Shown here: in pieces, positions 60,797 through 64,000 of the stretch | Numbering within the stretch: position 1 is the stretch's first letter | Layout: each line of letters begins with the position of its first letter | DNA from: an uncultured Gemmatimonadales bacterium | Lineage (GTDB): Bacteria; Gemmatimonadota; Gemmatimonadetes; Longimicrobiales; Longimicrobiaceae | Length of the DNA stretch: 64,000 bases | Assembly: GCA_963716255.1 (NCBI GenBank) | Contig: OY970303.1 | Span: 3,168,001 to 3,232,000, forward strand | Reading direction: 5' to 3' | Made by a program: the position numbers and the translations under genes | Notes under the pieces: generated by a model | The model's database searches: none | What the model was told of the DNA's origin: nothing | Seen by the model: the letters and a program-made list of their open reading frames with translations, nothing else

Positions 60797-61951
60797 ATGC
60801 CGAAGCCGTCGTCGTCCCATTCGGTCCGCGCGCGCGCCGGGAGCGGGGCGGGCGAGGTGCTCGGCCGGCGGGCGCTGAACCGGGCGCTGCTGGCGCGGCA
60901 GGGATTGCTGCGCCGCTGGACGATCCCGCCCGCGGAGGCCGTGGAGCGGCTGGTGGGGATGCAGTCGCAGGCGCCGGACCCGCCGTACGTGGGGCTGTGG
61001 ACGCGGCTGGAGGGCTTCCGCCCGGAGGACCTGGCGCGGCTGGTGGAGGAGCGCGTCGTGGTGCGCGTGGCGCTGATGCGCTCCACCCTCCACCTGGTGA
61101 CCGCGCGTGACTGCCTGGCGCTGCGCCCGCTGCTCCAGCCGGTGATCGAGCGCAGCTTCAGGGGCGGCTTCGGCCGGCGGCTGGAGGGGCTGGACGACGC
61201 GGCGCTGGCGGACGCCGCCCGCGCGCTGGTGGAGGAGCGGCCTCGCACCTTCGCCGAGATCGGGGCGGCGCTGGGGGAGCGCTGGCCGGACCGCGACCCG
61301 GCGGCGCTCGCCGCCGCCGCGCGGACCCTGCTCCCGCTGGTGCAGGTGCCGCCCCGCGGCCTGTGGGGGCGCAGCGGCCCTGCCTCCCACACCACGGCGG
61401 AGGCGTGGCTGGGCCGCCCGCTGGACCCGGCCCCCGCGCTGGACGCCATGGTGCTGCGCTACCTGGCCGCATTCGGCCCGGCGACGGCCGCGGACGCGCA
61501 GACGTGGTCCGGCCTCACCCGCCTGAAGGAGGCGGTGGAGCGCCTGCGCCCGGGGCTGCGGGTCTTTCGCGACGAGCGGGGCCGCGAGCTGCTGGACCTG
61601 CCGGACGCCCCGCGCCCCGACGCGGACACGCCGGCCCCGGCGCGCTTCATGGCCGAGTGGGACAACGTGCTCCTGTCCCACGCCGACCGCTCGCGCATGG
61701 TGCCCGAGGAGCACCGCGCGCGCATCTTCACGGTCAACGGCGTCATGCCCGGCACCGTCCTGGTGGACGGCTTCGTGGCCGGCACCTGGAAGCTGGAGCG
61801 GACCCGCGCCTCCGCCACCCTGCGCGTGGCGCCCTTCGCGCCGCTGTCCCCGGACGACGAAGCGGCGCTCACCGCCGAGGGCGAGCGCCTGCTGGACTTC
61901 GCCGCCGCGGATACCCCGGAGCGCGAGGTCCGCATCGCCGCGCCGGGCTGA
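60797..61951 (+). CDS. AlkZ-like HTH_42 DNA glycosylase
   Basis: LNRALLARQ, GMQSQ (QxQ), LMRSTLH, RYLAAFGPAT..D...WSG, WDNVLL.HADR. Confidence 0.88.
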   Translation: MPKPSSSHSVRARAGSGAGEVLGRRALNRALLARQGLLRRWTIPPAEAVERLVGMQSQAPDPPYVGLWTRLEGFRPEDLARLVEERVVVRVALMRSTLHLVTARDCLALRPLLQPVIERSFRGGFGRRLEGLDDAALADAARALVEERPRTFAEIGAALGERWPDRDPAALAAAARTLLPLVQVPPRGLWGRSGPASHTTAEAWLGRPLDPAPALDAMVLRYLAAFGPATAADAQTWSGLTRLKEAVERLRPGLRVFRDERGRELLDLPDAPRPDADTPAPARFMAEWDNVLLSHADRSRMVPEEHRARIFTVNGVMPGTVLVDGFVAGTWKLERTRASATLRVAPFAPLSPDDEAALTAEGERLLDFAAADTPEREVRIAAPG

Positions 61952-61960
61952 CAAGCCGCC

Positions 61961-62090
61961 GCGTGAGGGATTACGGCCCGAAGGGGCGAGACCGCGCGGC
62001 TGTTTGCGCGGGCTCGACTCCGTTAAGCACGGTTGTATCGTGCTTTACGGAGCCGAAGCCCGACCCCCGCGCCCCGCGGGGGGCACGCCC
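61961..62090 (-). repeat. Structured dispersed element, copy 13
   Basis: Central stem AAGCACG/CGTGCTT, loop ATACAAC. Confidence 0.95.
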
Positions 62091-62116
62091 GAACCCTGCC
62101 GTTCAGCTCTCTCCGC

Positions 62117-62878
62117 TTACCGCCCGCCACCCGTGAGCTGCTGGAGCCGCTGCTGCGCCTGGCGGTTGTTGGGCTGAAGCCGCAGCACCTTGCGGAATTG
62201 CTCGACGGCACGCTCCCGCTCGCCCGCCGTCTCGTACGCCCGCCCCAGCTCGAAGGCCACCCCCGCCGACTCCGGGAACTGCTCCGCGTTCAGCTCCAGC
62301 ATGCGCCGCGCGTCCGCGGGACGTCCCTCCGCCGCCAGCCGCGTCGCCAGCGTGGTGAGCGGCCGCTCGCCGAAGTCGTAGGTGAACCGCCCGTAGTGGC
62401 GCGCCCGCAGCTGCCGGTACGCGGCCACCGCCGAGTCGGCGCCGCGGCGCAGCACCACGGTGCGCAGCGTGTCCTCCAGCATCAGCGGGCGCGGCGCCCC
62501 GCGGTGGCAGGTCACGCACTCCACCCGCGCCGCCTCCGCGCCCGGCGCGGCGAGCGCGGCCAGGTAGTCCTGGTTGATGGCGCGCACCATCCGCATCATC
62601 TGCCGGGCGGTCTTCTTGGTGGGATTGGCGTCCGAGGCGAAGTCCAGCGAGTCCGGCTTGGCGGCGTCGTAGGGGGCGTGGCAGTGGGTGCAGCGCACCC
62701 CCAGCCCGTTGGTGAAGCCGCGCATCACGGCGATCACCTGCTCCCGGGTCATGCTGGAGGGGAGCACCTTGAGGTTGCGGGGGCGCTCCCCCTCCTGCGC
62801 CGCGGCGGGCGCGGCGCAGGCCAGCAGGAGCAGGGCCGCGAGGAGGGCGGGGCGGGCGCGGGTCGGCGTTGCGGTCAC
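62117..62878 (-). CDS. Secreted di-heme c-type cytochrome with C-terminal TPR
   Basis: Signal peptide, NLKVLP..., CTHCH, K..AR.M..M...IN, CVTCH, TPR-like LGRAY...A...F.KVL.LQPNN. Confidence 0.8.
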   Translation of the reverse strand: MTATPTRARPALLAALLLLACAAPAAAQEGERPRNLKVLPSSMTREQVIAVMRGFTNGLGVRCTHCHAPYDAAKPDSLDFASDANPTKKTARQMMRMVRAINQDYLAALAAPGAEAARVECVTCHRGAPRPLMLEDTLRTVVLRRGADSAVAAYRQLRARHYGRFTYDFGERPLTTLATRLAAEGRPADARRMLELNAEQFPESAGVAFELGRAYETAGERERAVEQFRKVLRLQPNNRQAQQRLQQLTGGGR

Positions 62879-64000
62879 GGAAGTCCTCCGGGCAGGGGGA
62901 TGGGAACGGGCGGCGAAGGGTGCGGCAGGAGCTCCGGCGCAGGGCCGGCCGGGGACGTGCCGCGTCCGGCGGCGACCAGCGCGCGCACGTGGTCGCGCTG
63001 CAGGTGGAAGATCCAGGCCCCCAGGAGCCCGGCCGCCACCAGCACCCAGAGCTGGGCCAGGCTGGCGCCCCAGTCGGGGTGGAAGCCGCGCACTCCCTCG
63101 ATGGCCGCGGCGGCCAGCGCGCACTCCGCCGCGAGGCGCGGGGCGAGCGCCCGGAAGGGGAGGTCGCGGCGGCTGCGCGCCTCGGCCAGCAGGTAGCCCA
63201 GCACGGTGAGCGCGGCCATGGACTCCAGCATGTGGAGCTGCTCCGCCATCCCCAGCGAAGCCGAGCGCCTGGCGAACCCCAGCCATCCCGTCCACGCGCC
63301 GCTGGCGGAGGCGAGCGGCGCCAGCACCATGGCCAGCAGATACGCCGCGAAGGCGGGGGCGGCCCGGCGGAGCGCGCGCGCCTCGAAGCGGCGGTCCTCC
63401 GGTGCCGTGTCCGCCCGCCGCGCCTCCTGGGCCGCGGCGGCGGCGACCACGGCCACCAGCGCGGCGGCGGCCCAGGGGTGGAAGACCAGGGCGGGGAAGA
63501 CGCCCAGCGCCGCCCACCCCGCGGCGGCCAGCGCCAGCCCGCGCACGCCCAGCACCCCCGCCGGCCCGAAGGCGTGCCGCTGGAGCGCGGCCAGCAGGCG
63601 CGCGCCGAAGAGGCCCAGCAGCAGGAGCGGCGCCACGCGCAGCACCTGGCCGCGGGTGGCGAGGCTCCCCAGCCAGAGGAGCGGCACCAGCAGGTACACC
63701 AGCCCCATCAGCGGCAGCTCCAGCGCCAGCCGCCCCACCGCCCGCGGGCTCAGGCGGATGCGGCGCGCCACGGCGCGCTGGAGGAGGGCGCCCGCGAGCG
63801 CCCCGGCCGCGTTGGCGGCAATGTCCACCACCGAGGGGTAGCGCTCCGGCTCGAACACCTGCGCCGCCTCGATGCAGGCGCTCACCAGCAGCCCCAGCCC
63901 CACGGCCCGCGCCAGGGTGGGGCGCATCCCGTCGTCGCGCGTCAGCGGGTGCAGGAAGCCCAGCGGCACGAACATCAGGACGTTGGCGGCCAGGTCGAAC
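62875..64000 (-). CDS. VanZ-family membrane protein (5' end beyond window)
   Basis: NVLMFVPLGF, IEAAQVF..RYPSVVDIAAN..G. Confidence 0.75.
   Translation of the reverse strand, partial: FDLAANVLMFVPLGFLHPLTRDDGMRPTLARAVGLGLLVSACIEAAQVFEPERYPSVVDIAANAAGALAGALLQRAVARRIRLSPRAVGRLALELPLMGLVYLLVPLLWLGSLATRGQVLRVAPLLLLGLFGARLLAALQRHAFGPAGVLGVRGLALAAAGWAALGVFPALVFHPWAAAALVAVVAAAAAQEARRADTAPEDRRFEARALRRAAPAFAAYLLAMVLAPLASASGAWTGWLGFARRSASLGMAEQLHMLESMAALTVLGYLLAEARSRRDLPFRALAPRLAAECALAAAAIEGVRGFHPDWGASLAQLWVLVAAGLLGAWIFHLQRDHVRALVAAGRGTSPAGPAPELLPHPSPPVPIPLPGGLP

Noticed and set aside
4421..62090. The repeat family as a CRISPR array
   Set aside because: Copies are dispersed, about 130 nt, in both orientations, without unique spacers or cas genes; the variable 7-mers are self-complementary stems.
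4421..62090. The repeats as integron attC sites
   Set aside because: No consistent RYYYAAC/GTTRRRY ends, no integrase, mixed orientation, and they flank multi-gene housekeeping operons.
62117..62878. Photosynthetic reaction-centre cytochrome PufC
   Set aside because: Only two hemes, a TPR fusion, and no puf/bch genes nearby.

Overview
Very high-GC bacterial chromosome segment. The gene mix (GWxTD-like, NfeD-FloA, DUF3667, di-heme cytochrome-TPR) suggests Gemmatimonadota, possibly Longimicrobiaceae; this is an inference. Recognisable loci: an Xre/RES toxin-antitoxin pair, a MATE pump, aceB-aceA, a Tro/Mnt-type metal ABC operon, an ABC-F ATPase, nhaA, TetR-TolC-EmrAB, pcs, LOG, nfeD-floA, dacB, a PAS kinase, two HTH_42 glycosylases, coaA, tRNA-Val(CAC), tRNA-Ala(CGC), an IS481-family element and an ECF-controlled RND operon. 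The standout unexplained feature is a ~130-nt intergenic element (GGGCGTG...ATCCCTCACGC) present 13 times: 11 intact, 1 partly deleted, 1 split by the IS481. Its three internal stems vary between copies only by compensatory changes, while loops and junctions stay nearly fixed. Nine copies start 17-39 nt after a co-oriented stop codon. It is a candidate structured RNA or ssDNA mobile family, with no cognate enzyme visible in the window. Two unannotated tandem Trp-rich microproteins and a low-GC NDT/TIR-like gene are also notable. All calls were made by eye; no database searches were run.
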